Below are positions 32,111 through 40,734 of a stretch of DNA of 64,000 nucleotides, in pieces (the stretch's first letter is position 1; each line of letters begins with the position of its first letter). Below the pieces are notes generated by a model that was not told where the DNA came from, ran no database searches, and saw only the letters and a program-made list of their open reading frames with translations. Source of the stretch: Candidatus Saccharimonadales bacterium (GTDB taxonomy: Bacteria > Patescibacteriota > UBA1384 > 2-12-FULL-50-11); NCBI GenBank assembly GCA_035480235.1, contig DATIHX010000003.1:85514-149513 (forward strand), read 5' to 3'. The position numbers and the translations under genes are program-made.

Positions 32111-34992
32111 TGCGCGACGACCGCGCCGAGATGCCGCAACCAGAGGTGACCGGCCCCGAGCCGACGGTATCGACTGACGCTGTTGCGCTGGAAGCGCCGC
32201 CGCTCGCGCCCTTAGTTGAGGCACCCCAACCAACCGAAACAGTTGCTACAACTCCACCGCCAGTTTCCCAACCAGCCCGTCGATTGAATACCCGTGAAAA
32301 ATTTGAGCAAGAACTGGAAACAGTGCGAGCGGCCCTGCCAGACCGGCTGGCAACATCTGAAGCGGAAGTAAAATTCCTGAAGGAGCGTCTAGCTGAAGCG
32401 CCAAATTCGGAAGCTAAAGCGATCGTTCAAAAGGAAATTGATTCGGCTAAAGAGAAGCAAGCAAGTGTATTCCGCGATTACGCCGGTGATATTCTCCACC
32501 GAGCCGAACGCGGCGAAAAAATTACCGAAAACGAGTGGCTAATCGTCGCCCAAGATTACTCGGCCAACGCTGAAAAATCGGCCGGCGCGGAATTTTTTCT
32601 AAAACGACAAGGCTTCGAAACCTTTGAAAAAGGGATGAGAAAAGTTGGCTTAACGACAGCTCGGGGCGAGGCGTTAACAGTTCAATTGGAGAAATCAAAG
32701 GCCCCATCATGGCTCAAAGAGCATATTAATAAAGCCGGCTGGTCAGCGGCCACTTACGCCTTGGCCAGTTGTTTTTTGCCGGTTTCTGCCTTGGCTTTTG
32801 CCAGTAGTATCGGCGGCGGCATTATCGGTCGGTTGGGTGGGGAGTGGCTGCGTGGCCATGAGCTTAGCAAGGTTAGAGGCGAAGGCGATAACAAATATCG
32901 CCTCAATGAAAAAATAATGAACGACGCGCTTAGCCAAATATTTTTAATGAAAACAGAAGCCGAAAAGGCTTTGGCGGCGGCCAAAAATCCGAATGAACGC
33001 GCTCAAGCTCTGGGTAATTTGCTCTCAAAAATAGGGACTGCCGAGATTAAGGATATCGCCACCTATCAAAAAGTTGAGAAAACGGCTGCCAAATGGAAGG
33101 CTATTGGCGGTTTTCTGGGTTCAGTTGGCGTCGGTTCGCTGGTTAACCATTTCTTTGTGACTGGGCATCAGCTTGCGGCGGAAGTGGCTAAAGCCAAGGC
33201 GGAGGGAATTCATATTTTTCACGACGCCGCTGGCGCCCACATCACTGCCGATCCAACGCAAGGGCACGTTGTTAAAGAATCGCTCGATGGTTTCTGGCGG
33301 GCCGTTGTAAACAAAAAAGATCTTGGCGATCTGGCCACTTCGGTTAGTCAACACAGCGCTGGGGTTAATAATTACTTTCACGCCTATCTTGGCGATCACG
33401 TTGGTTTAGTTAGTCAACAAGCTAGATATGGTCAGGAAATGGTTCACGCCTTGGTTCGCGACCTACCAGCAAATTTGGCTCGGCCCGAGGCCGCCCAAGC
33501 GGCCACCGATTCATTCTTAGGCGCTTCGGTTAACAGCGCCATTAACGAATTAGTTCGCCAAACATTTATTAAGTCGACGCTGGTAATGGTTGGTGCGGCG
33601 GCTGTTAGTGAATCAGCTTTTCTGCGCTCCGATACTGCTAAGGTTTCGGCCGAACGGCTGCGGGCGGAGAACCTGCCGTTGATTAATGAACTCGAGGCTG
33701 AAGCCCTGTTTCAGCGTCAAAAAGTCAAGCCCGAAAAAGAGCCCAAGCCCAAAAACGAGCGCGAACGGTTAGAAAAACTCGCTCGCAAACTCCACGTCGA
33801 GTTACCGGAAAGTCCGCACGGTTTCGAAGAGGGTTGGTATAAACAGCCACACTTACTTCAGGATCGATTTACATTAGCAAAATTGCCGCGTTGGCCACTT
33901 ATAGGCTCTGATGGTAAGAATATTGTGGAAAACGGCCAAGAGAAACGTGATGGTGTGGCCGAGGTTGACGTAGATAATAATAAGATTGTCGTCGTTTCAA
34001 AGCGGCTGGACGGCAGCTACGACCATCACACTATGAAAATAGACGATTTTTTACGGACGCATGGCAAGCCAAAGATCGCTACCCCTTCCCAGGCGGCTCC
34101 TACCGAGAGTCGACCCCCCCAAGAACAACCCCGCCGACCTGGCGTGGCCGAACGTCTCGACCAACTCCAGTTTGATAACAACGATATAATGAATGCAGTC
34201 TTGGAGGAAGTGCGCCACGGTACACCACTGGCTGAAGATATTAAAAATGCCCCTACTAGCGCCGCTCTTTCCCAGGGTTTGTACCGGATTGTTCGCACAC
34301 TAGCCGAAGGCTGGGATGGCCTTGACGAAGCGACCCGTCGCGGTAACGCCACCTTTAAGTTTGAGGCAATCCGCGAAGGCGACCGGAACGTCACCGCGAT
34401 CACCCTGTATAATCCAGATAACACCAAGGCGATATTGCGCCTGAAACGGGCTGGCGATGGGTATAGGATTACCCTAGAGGACGCCGATGGGGCCTTACTG
34501 GGCGTTCGTAACGAGCGGCCAATTACCGTTGGCCCAGTGGCGGCTTTCTTGCAAGAATTAACCGAGCGCTTCCAAGCTTTGGACGATATCGCCCCTCCCG
34601 CCCCGCCCGCTCCACCTGTTCCGGCACCAGCTCCAACACCACTGCCGCCTGCTCCAGCTCCTGTGCCGACCCCGCCCGTTCCTGCGCCGAGACCACCGGA
34701 CGTCGAGCCAGACGAACAGAATGAAGAGGAGATTTTTAGCCAGGCCGACTTTGACGAACACGATGCTATTCAGCCAATGGCTGAAATCCCGCCAGCTATT
34801 TGGAGTTTTATCACCCGCAGTTTGCCCGACCCGATCGATCCCGAGTCCGGTCTCATTCGCTACCGTAACGCGGACGTTGCTAATGAAAAAATTACGCTCA
34901 TTAATGCTGCCGGCCGGGAACAGGAATTCCGACTGCCATTTATTCAAGGAATTATCGACCAATTGGAAACCACTGAAGACGAGGAAAGTTAG
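32110..34992 (+). CDS. Large orphan protein (960 aa) with hydrophobic segments and a proline-rich linker
   Basis: Uninterrupted ORF with hydrophobic stretches (…ATYALASCFLPVSALAFASSIGGGIIG…, …AIGGFLGSVGVGSLV…) and PPAPPAPPVPAPAPTPLPPAPAPVPTPPVPAPRPP near the C-terminus. Confidence 0.65.
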   Translation: MRDDRAEMPQPEVTGPEPTVSTDAVALEAPPLAPLVEAPQPTETVATTPPPVSQPARRLNTREKFEQELETVRAALPDRLATSEAEVKFLKERLAEAPNSEAKAIVQKEIDSAKEKQASVFRDYAGDILHRAERGEKITENEWLIVAQDYSANAEKSAGAEFFLKRQGFETFEKGMRKVGLTTARGEALTVQLEKSKAPSWLKEHINKAGWSAATYALASCFLPVSALAFASSIGGGIIGRLGGEWLRGHELSKVRGEGDNKYRLNEKIMNDALSQIFLMKTEAEKALAAAKNPNERAQALGNLLSKIGTAEIKDIATYQKVEKTAAKWKAIGGFLGSVGVGSLVNHFFVTGHQLAAEVAKAKAEGIHIFHDAAGAHITADPTQGHVVKESLDGFWRAVVNKKDLGDLATSVSQHSAGVNNYFHAYLGDHVGLVSQQARYGQEMVHALVRDLPANLARPEAAQAATDSFLGASVNSAINELVRQTFIKSTLVMVGAAAVSESAFLRSDTAKVSAERLRAENLPLINELEAEALFQRQKVKPEKEPKPKNERERLEKLARKLHVELPESPHGFEEGWYKQPHLLQDRFTLAKLPRWPLIGSDGKNIVENGQEKRDGVAEVDVDNNKIVVVSKRLDGSYDHHTMKIDDFLRTHGKPKIATPSQAAPTESRPPQEQPRRPGVAERLDQLQFDNNDIMNAVLEEVRHGTPLAEDIKNAPTSAALSQGLYRIVRTLAEGWDGLDEATRRGNATFKFEAIREGDRNVTAITLYNPDNTKAILRLKRAGDGYRITLEDADGALLGVRNERPITVGPVAAFLQELTERFQALDDIAPPAPPAPPVPAPAPTPLPPAPAPVPTPPVPAPRPPDVEPDEQNEEEIFSQADFDEHDAIQPMAEIPPAIWSFITRSLPDPIDPESGLIRYRNADVANEKITLINAAGREQEFRLPFIQGIIDQLETTEDEES

Positions 34993-35002
34993 GTAAAAAA
35001 AT

Positions 35003-35031
35003 TCCCTACCGTCACGTGGACGGTAGGGTTT
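35003..35031. terminator. Terminator hairpin between convergent genes
   Basis: CCCTACCGTC-acgtg-GACGGTAGGG followed by TTTT, with an A-run upstream. Confidence 0.8.
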
Positions 35032-35047
35032 TAGGTAGCTGGCCGCT

Positions 35048-36043
35048 TTAGTCGCCGGCGGCCTGATCGGCGCCAGGTGCCGCTGCAGCTGGCGCTGGCG
35101 GCTGATGGGCGTAGTTGTTGATCACCACGCCACCAGCCGCCGCGGCTGGGTTCGTTCTGCCGGTTGTCGGCGGCGTTCCCCAGTTGTGATTTTCGTGCGC
35201 ATATCCGGTTACGTTGCCGTTGCCGTCGTAAATGCGGTTAAACATCCCAGCTGAACCATAGTCGCTCTCGGGATCTTTGAACTTCATGGCTGTTCGGACT
35301 GACGCGATATCAACGTCTACGGGGGAGGCGGCACCGTTTGGCCCGCAACCTTGACGATTGCCATTCGGCAGGCAGCCGCGCATTCGCAGGTCGTGCTCCT
35401 TGTTCTGGGCCATCACTTGGATGATGCGCACGATGACGAAATGAAAGAAGCAGTAGAGCAGGGCAACGGCTAAAATTGTGCCGAATACCCATGCTGCGAT
35501 TACCCATCCACTCATAGTATTTTCCTCCGGCCGTTCAGCCGCTTGACCCTGATTGGGGTCGGTCGTGGCCGGCGTGCCGGCAGCTGCCCTCCCGAGGAGG
35601 GGCGACAGAAATCCTTTCAACGCCGCCGAAATGTTGTTCAGCGCTATTTGGGCGGCGATGTGTTGGTCGATATACCCCTTGGCCTTGTAATCGTAGCCAG
35701 CCATCATCCGGTGCGCCGCATTGTCGGCTTTGGGATAATGGTTGACGACTGTAGTCTGGCGGATCACTTTCGTGCCGCCATCCCTGCCGTCTTGGCCATC
35801 GCGACCCGTATCTTCCTTCTCGCCTTTCAGCAATGTTGGGTTGGGCGGCGCGGACTTTTGGCCGGAACCGCCGGCGCCTTGTTGGTCGACGTTGTCGCCA
35901 CCGGTGGTGGCCGTGCCAACACCGTGGTCAACATTGTTTTGGCCCCTGGCTTGGTCGTCGAAGTTGCCGTTGCTTTTGCCGTTCTGACCCATCGCCATGA
36001 CGGCGAAGGCCAGGATGACGACGATTGTCAGAACTTTTTTCAT
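35048..36043 (-). CDS. Secreted/membrane protein, Gly/Asn/Asp-rich, with one central TM helix
   Basis: Signal peptide MKKVLTIVVILAFAVMAMG, a short GXY run (GRDGQDGRDG), a TM helix WVIAAWVFGTILAVALLYCFF, and an Ala/Pro-rich tail. Confidence 0.6.
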   Translation of the reverse strand: MKKVLTIVVILAFAVMAMGQNGKSNGNFDDQARGQNNVDHGVGTATTGGDNVDQQGAGGSGQKSAPPNPTLLKGEKEDTGRDGQDGRDGGTKVIRQTTVVNHYPKADNAAHRMMAGYDYKAKGYIDQHIAAQIALNNISAALKGFLSPLLGRAAAGTPATTDPNQGQAAERPEENTMSGWVIAAWVFGTILAVALLYCFFHFVIVRIIQVMAQNKEHDLRMRGCLPNGNRQGCGPNGAASPVDVDIASVRTAMKFKDPESDYGSAGMFNRIYDGNGNVTGYAHENHNWGTPPTTGRTNPAAAAGGVVINNYAHQPPAPAAAAPGADQAAGD

Positions 36044-36212
36044 ATTTCACCAATCTATTAATCTCCGCGCTGAACCCTAGTATCGGTCCCTCACGTTGTT
36101 GCCGCCATAATAGCATATACTTCCCAATCTGTCAAGGGTTTTTGACCGCAAAACTACCCGGCTCTCGCCGAAATATAATTAACAAATTTCTCTCCACCCA
36201 CCCCAGCCGCCG

Positions 36213-36230
36213 TATACGTTATAACGTATA
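36213..36230. promoter_or_regulatory. Perfect 18-bp palindrome (candidate operator)
   Basis: TATACGTTATAACGTATA. The related half-sites CGTTATAG…CTATAACG occur at 36272-36295. Confidence 0.4.
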
Positions 36231-36375
36231 TTGTGCCTTCTTCACTATTCCTAAATTCTTCTCTCGCTTCTCGTTATAGTCTATAAGCTATAACGTTGAT
36301 TCTTTACGGGTTCGCTAACCAGAAGCACCAGCCAACTGGCTAGTCCGTCCGCCAGAATTACAGGAGAAAACAGGT

Positions 36376-36406
36376 AAAGAAAAAGCCCAGCCCCTTTTCA
36401 GGGCTG
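36376..36406 (-). terminator. Rho-independent terminator of 36424..36738
   Basis: On the minus strand: CAGCCC-tgaaaag-GGGCTG followed by GGCTTTTTCTTT. Confidence 0.65.
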
Positions 36407-36423
36407 AGCAGGCGGTGGGCGGA

Positions 36424-36738
36424 TCAGACGGGAAGGGCGGCTTCGGCTTCGGCCAAGTCTCTGTCAGCAGCTGCAAGCTGGACCCGCAACTCCATATTCT
36501 CCGGATGTTTCCGGAAATCTGAAGATATTTGATCTCTCTTGTGCCGGCAGGCAAAAAACTTGCGAATCTCGTCGCCGGGCATTAAAGCGATTTCCAGGGC
36601 ATCAGCGATCTGCTCGTTTTGTGGAAATTGGCTAGCGGCGTGCTGAAGCCATTTTGCGTCCCATGGCCGTTCGCCCGCCATCATCTTGTCGATAGCATCG
36701 TAAAACGGTGCGGTGGCTCCTGATCCTTTGGCAGACAT
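36424..36738 (-). CDS. Hypothetical protein (104 aa)
   Basis: AGGAGGAAGG lies 4 nt upstream of the ATG (MSAKGSG…). Confidence 0.5.
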   Translation of the reverse strand: MSAKGSGATAPFYDAIDKMMAGERPWDAKWLQHAASQFPQNEQIADALEIALMPGDEIRKFFACRHKRDQISSDFRKHPENMELRVQLAAADRDLAEAEAALPV

Positions 36739-36807
36739 TTTCCTTCCTCCTAAGAAGTGCAATAACTTGCAATAAGCCTAGCAGAGACTGGCTAATAAGT
36801 CAATGGG

Positions 36808-38268
36808 CTACTCTTTGGGTCGCAAGGTCGGAAACGGAATCACTTCCTTAATTGAGTGCTGGTCGGTTAAAACCATCACCATTCGCTCGATGCCCATCCC
36901 CCAGCCCGATGTCGGCGGCATGCCGAATTTCAGGGCTTCAATAAAGTTTTCATCCAAGGTCATCGCTTCGTCCCAGCCGGCCTTGCCGAGTTTCATCTGC
37001 TCGCGCAGGCGTTGTTCTTGGTCAAGCGGGTCGTTCAGTTCAGTGTAGGCCTTGAGTAGCTCAAACCCACCAGCGGCGATCAGTTGGAATTGTTCGGCGA
37101 TCGTCTCGTCGTCCCGACCCTTTTTGGCTAGTGGCTGTAAGGCGATCGGGTAATCAATTACAAACGTCGGCTGGATAATCTTCGGCCGGGAAACTTTTTT
37201 GAATAATTCATCAACAAGCTCGCTCCAGACTGTAATGTCTTGGCCTTCAAAGGTAATTTTTTTCGCTTTGACGGCTTTATCCAATTTCTCAAACGTATTT
37301 TCTTTGGCGATGTCGATGCCGCAGTCGTCTTTAATAACATCGGCATACTTTTTAACGGCGAAATCGCCCGCAAAGTTTATTTTTTGCTCTTGATAAGTAA
37401 TTTCCAGCGACCCGCAAACTTTTTTGACCAATTCTTGAACCAAGTCCTGGGTGGCTTTCATAAAACCGCGGTAATCTTGGTAGGCCCAGTAGGCTTCGAC
37501 CGAATAAAATTCTGGGTTATGCATATGCGAGAGGCCTTCGTTGCGGAAACTCGGGCCGATCTCGAAAACCCGGTTGAAGCCGCCGGCGACAAGGCGCTTT
37601 AAGTAAAGTTCCGGCGCGATCCGCAGGTAAAAGTCGGCATCCAGGGCGTTGTAATGGGTAACGAACGGTTTGGCGGTAGCGCCGCCAGGAATCGGCTGCA
37701 AGATCGGGGTGTGCACTTCCATAAAGCCGTGGCGGATGAAAAATGCTCGGATAATTTCCACCACTTGCGCGCGCGTCTCGATAATTTTCTTGGCCTCGGG
37801 GTTAATCTTGAAATCGAGCGCCCGCTGGCGATAACGGCTTTCCACATCGGTTAGGCCGTGCCAAGCGTCCGGGATTGGTAGTAAGGACTTGGCCAGCAGC
37901 TCATACGATGCAGCTTTCAACGATAACTCCCCAGCTTTGGTGGTGAATAATTCGCCGCTGGCCCAGAGGTAGTCACCGACGTCCAGGAGTTTTAGTAGTT
38001 CGTAATTTTTCTCACCGACGTCTTCCTGTTTGAAGTAAACTTGGAGTTTTTGATCGTCGTCCACCAAATCGAAGAAAGTACTTTTGCCGTGTTCGCGAAT
38101 GGCTTTAACGCGACCAACGGTTGCGGCTGGTTTGCCCTCTTTCAAACCTCGCACTTCGGCGATGACCAAATGCTCCGGCGTTGTGTTGGGGTACGGGTTA
38201 ATGCCGAGCTTCTTCAGCTCTGCCAGTTTTTCCAACCGAATTTCTTTCTCGCTTTTGTTCTCCGCCAT
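36808..38268 (-). CDS. lysS: Lysine--tRNA ligase, class II
   Basis: An OB anticodon-binding N-terminus plus class II motifs (…FMEVHTPILQPIPGGATAKPF…, …FRNEGLSHMHNPEF…, …GMPPTSGWGMGIERMVM…). Confidence 0.95.
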   Translation of the reverse strand: MAENKSEKEIRLEKLAELKKLGINPYPNTTPEHLVIAEVRGLKEGKPAATVGRVKAIREHGKSTFFDLVDDDQKLQVYFKQEDVGEKNYELLKLLDVGDYLWASGELFTTKAGELSLKAASYELLAKSLLPIPDAWHGLTDVESRYRQRALDFKINPEAKKIIETRAQVVEIIRAFFIRHGFMEVHTPILQPIPGGATAKPFVTHYNALDADFYLRIAPELYLKRLVAGGFNRVFEIGPSFRNEGLSHMHNPEFYSVEAYWAYQDYRGFMKATQDLVQELVKKVCGSLEITYQEQKINFAGDFAVKKYADVIKDDCGIDIAKENTFEKLDKAVKAKKITFEGQDITVWSELVDELFKKVSRPKIIQPTFVIDYPIALQPLAKKGRDDETIAEQFQLIAAGGFELLKAYTELNDPLDQEQRLREQMKLGKAGWDEAMTLDENFIEALKFGMPPTSGWGMGIERMVMVLTDQHSIKEVIPFPTLRPKE

Positions 38269-38366
38269 CTTTAGTAGATTCTACCAAACCTGAAGGGCGG
38301 TGGCCAATTGATTGACAACAAGCGATATTATTCATATAATACCGGCGAGTGTGGAGGTACTTTAGA

Positions 38367-38741
38367 ATGGTTTATAGACCTTTTGTTGTCATTGTCCAGG
38401 AAGGGGCATTTGCTGTTTTCGCGCACAACTCACTGCCTGAATCGCTGAAGTCGGAAGAGACCCTCCGCGTCAATTTGGAAAAGCTGTTCCCGCTGATATT
38501 TAGGACTGAGGAATGTGCGCTACGACCGGAAGAGCATCCCATCTTTGTTGTAGGGGTTAAATACAACAAAGTGCTGATCGAAGCGGTCTGGGTTACAGAA
38601 ACCATAACCGCTGATCGGTATGTCATGGAGTCCGCTTTCTTCGACGCGGAGAGCGGTGAACATTCGTCTGGTATGTCTGACGAGTTTGAAAAGTTGGACT
38701 ACGAATTCTCCTTCTTCGGCAGCGAAGAGCTTGCCCCCTGA
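38367..38741 (+). CDS. Hypothetical protein (124 aa)
   Basis: GGAGG lies 9 nt upstream of the ATG at 38367. A terminator follows. Confidence 0.45.
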   Translation: MVYRPFVVIVQEGAFAVFAHNSLPESLKSEETLRVNLEKLFPLIFRTEECALRPEEHPIFVVGVKYNKVLIEAVWVTETITADRYVMESAFFDAESGEHSSGMSDEFEKLDYEFSFFGSEELAP

Positions 38742-38748
38742 AGGCTAC

Positions 38749-38777
38749 GGCCGCGCTGAAAAGCGCGGCCTTTCTTT
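38749..38777 (+). terminator. Rho-independent terminator
   Basis: GGCCGCGC-tgaaaa-GCGCGGCC followed by TTTCTTT. Confidence 0.75.
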
Positions 38778-39849
38778 AATCTAACAAACTGTTTTGGCTT
38801 TTGTCGTCCAGGACGTGCTGGTTATCGATTTGATCCATCACCCGGCCGAGCTGGCGGTGGCGGGTGGAAGAAACCACTTGAAACTGTTTACTGGTGGAGT
38901 CCAGCCGGCTGCCAAGCGTATCCAGTTCTTCGCTAAATTTGCCGTACTCTTGGCGGAATTTTTGAACGAGCTGGATGATCGAATGAATATTCGTCTGAAG
39001 CTTAAAGTTGGAGTGGGCTTGTTTGACCAGGCGCAGCAGCGCCACAAACGAGTACGGGCCGGCCAAAATAACCTTTTTGTTCATCGCCTCTTCCCAAATG
39101 TCGTTGAAGTGCTCGTAGATGAAGCTGAAAATCATCTCGTTGGGGATGAAAGCGACGGCGAAATCGACGGTATTATCGTCCGGGTTGACGTAGCCGCGGG
39201 TGCTAATTTGTTTAATTTTCTCCCGGACGTCGCGCTGAAATTGGTCGAAATGCCGCTTTTTCTCTTCGGGATCCTTGGCTTCGGTGTATTTTTGCAAATT
39301 CTGGTACGGGAATTTGACGTCGATATTAACTTTGGTTTGGTCGGGTAAGACCAGCGTGAAATCGGGTCGGCCGTCGCCGCCGGCGGTTTGGACGAAATAA
39401 TCGTGGTTAATGACAAACCCGGCCATCTTTAGCAGGTCTTCGGCGATCCGTTCGCCGAACTGACCGCGGGTTTGGTTGTTGGAGAGGATGTTTTTCAACT
39501 CGTCGGTCGAGCCGCGCAAGTCTGAGGCTAATTGTTTGTGGGTTTCCAGCTCTTTGCGCAGCGCCGAGAAATTGGAGATCCGGTCTTCGTCGCTTTTCCG
39601 TAAATTCCGGTCGGTTTCTTTGAGTTGCAGGCGGATTTCGTCAACCAGGGTTTTGATGGCGTCTTTTTTACCCTCCAGATCAACCTTAATTACCTCTTTT
39701 TCGGCGCCGAGTTTTTCTTTAGCGGCGGCCAAAATTTCTTCGCCAATGGCTTTCAAATGGTCCTGCACGTTCATCCGCCGGTGCATCAAAAAATAGGTAA
39801 TGCCGGCCCCTAAAATCACCCCGCCGGCCAAAAAGTAAGCTGGTTGCAT
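38776..39849 (-). CDS. rmuC: DNA recombination protein RmuC
   Basis: N-terminal TM helix, a long coiled coil, and an RmuC nuclease-like C-terminus (…RPDFTLVLPDQTKVNIDVKFP… …VAFIPNEMIFSF…). Confidence 0.8.
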   Translation of the reverse strand: MQPAYFLAGGVILGAGITYFLMHRRMNVQDHLKAIGEEILAAAKEKLGAEKEVIKVDLEGKKDAIKTLVDEIRLQLKETDRNLRKSDEDRISNFSALRKELETHKQLASDLRGSTDELKNILSNNQTRGQFGERIAEDLLKMAGFVINHDYFVQTAGGDGRPDFTLVLPDQTKVNIDVKFPYQNLQKYTEAKDPEEKKRHFDQFQRDVREKIKQISTRGYVNPDDNTVDFAVAFIPNEMIFSFIYEHFNDIWEEAMNKKVILAGPYSFVALLRLVKQAHSNFKLQTNIHSIIQLVQKFRQEYGKFSEELDTLGSRLDSTSKQFQVVSSTRHRQLGRVMDQIDNQHVLDDKSQNSLLD

Positions 39850-39920
39850 TGTGCCCCTATCTTAGCGGAAACTAGCCGTTTCGTCACCGGCGATCAGGTT
39901 GGCTGATACCGAAAGGGCCG

Positions 39921-39948
39921 TTGACATCTTGACTTTTGGGGCTAAATA
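39921..39948 (+). promoter_or_regulatory. Sigma-70-like promoter candidate
   Basis: TTGACA-16 nt-TAAATA lies upstream of 40006..40332. Confidence 0.4.
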
Positions 39949-40005
39949 GGCGATAGTTGGTAAGCCTTATAAAAATCCAAGAGGGATGATAGGAGTACAT
40001 ATATT

Positions 40006-40332
40006 ATGGCTAAAAGGCTTGTGACGCTGTTGTCGCAGAAGCGTGACGGGGAGTTGGCATACGAAGAAGCGATTCGCAACTGTTGCGATCGGGGGGGTTA
40101 CGATCTGGTTGCTTGTGTTGCCGTTATAGATGGTAACGAGCCCATTGTACGTATCCACGAAGCGAGCGGCCAAGTCGAACACGAGGCAACTGGCTATCGA
40201 AATGCCGCCGAAATGTTGCTGGAGCATCGGACTAGTCCGCTGTCAGCAACCGCCAACCATCTGCCACGAAGGCCAATCAGACAGCCGCTATCGCCGCTTC
40301 AACAAGCCGGGGAGCTTGTAGGGGCGACCTAA
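40006..40332 (+). CDS. Hypothetical protein (108 aa)
   Basis: The ORF has a promoter candidate upstream and a terminator downstream. No motif recognised. Confidence 0.45.
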   Translation: MAKRLVTLLSQKRDGELAYEEAIRNCCDRGGYDLVACVAVIDGNEPIVRIHEASGQVEHEATGYRNAAEMLLEHRTSPLSATANHLPRRPIRQPLSPLQQAGELVGAT

Positions 40333-40344
40333 AGCATTCCAAAA

Positions 40345-40375
40345 AACCCGCGTCTGGTCCGCGGGTTTCTTTTTT
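40345..40375. terminator. Bidirectional rho-independent terminator
   Basis: AACCCGCG-tctggtc-CGCGGGTT, flanked by an A-run and a T-run. Confidence 0.8.
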
Positions 40376-40387
40376 GTCCTAAAACTG

Positions 40388-40609
40388 CTATTTCCGGCGC
40401 AGCAAACCCAGCTCGAGCTGGATGTAACCGAGCGCCATGATAATCAAGCCGCCCATTACTTTAGCCGATGGCTCGTTCATAATCGTCAACTGTTGCGACG
40501 AATTAATTAACCAACCCAGCGCCCCGAAGACAAAAATGATGATGCCCAAAAAGATGAACAGCATCGCCACGCCCATGAAACTTTTACTCTCGCGTTGTCC
40601 AAAAAACAT
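40388..40609 (-). CDS. Small membrane protein (73 aa, two TM helices)
   Basis: Hydrophobic helices (VAMLFIFLGIIIFVFGALGWLI and VMGGLIIMALGYIQLELG). Confidence 0.5.
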   Translation of the reverse strand: MFFGQRESKSFMGVAMLFIFLGIIIFVFGALGWLINSSQQLTIMNEPSAKVMGGLIIMALGYIQLELGLLRRK

Positions 40610-40697
40610 TCCCCTCCTTTAGCCCGGGCAACTAGCCCAGTTTTTATTACTTACTTCTAGCCTAGAAGCATTTTTAGCGCCTCGCAAGCCCCTTTTG

Positions 40698-40727
40698 TTG
40701 ACAGCTATCAAATACGAAAAGTATGAT
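40698..40727 (+). promoter_or_regulatory. Sigma-70-like promoter candidate (possible leaderless transcript)
   Basis: TTGACA-18 nt-TATGAT. The -10 box ends 7 nt before the ATG at 40735. Confidence 0.35.
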
Positions 40728-40734
40728 ATGGCTC

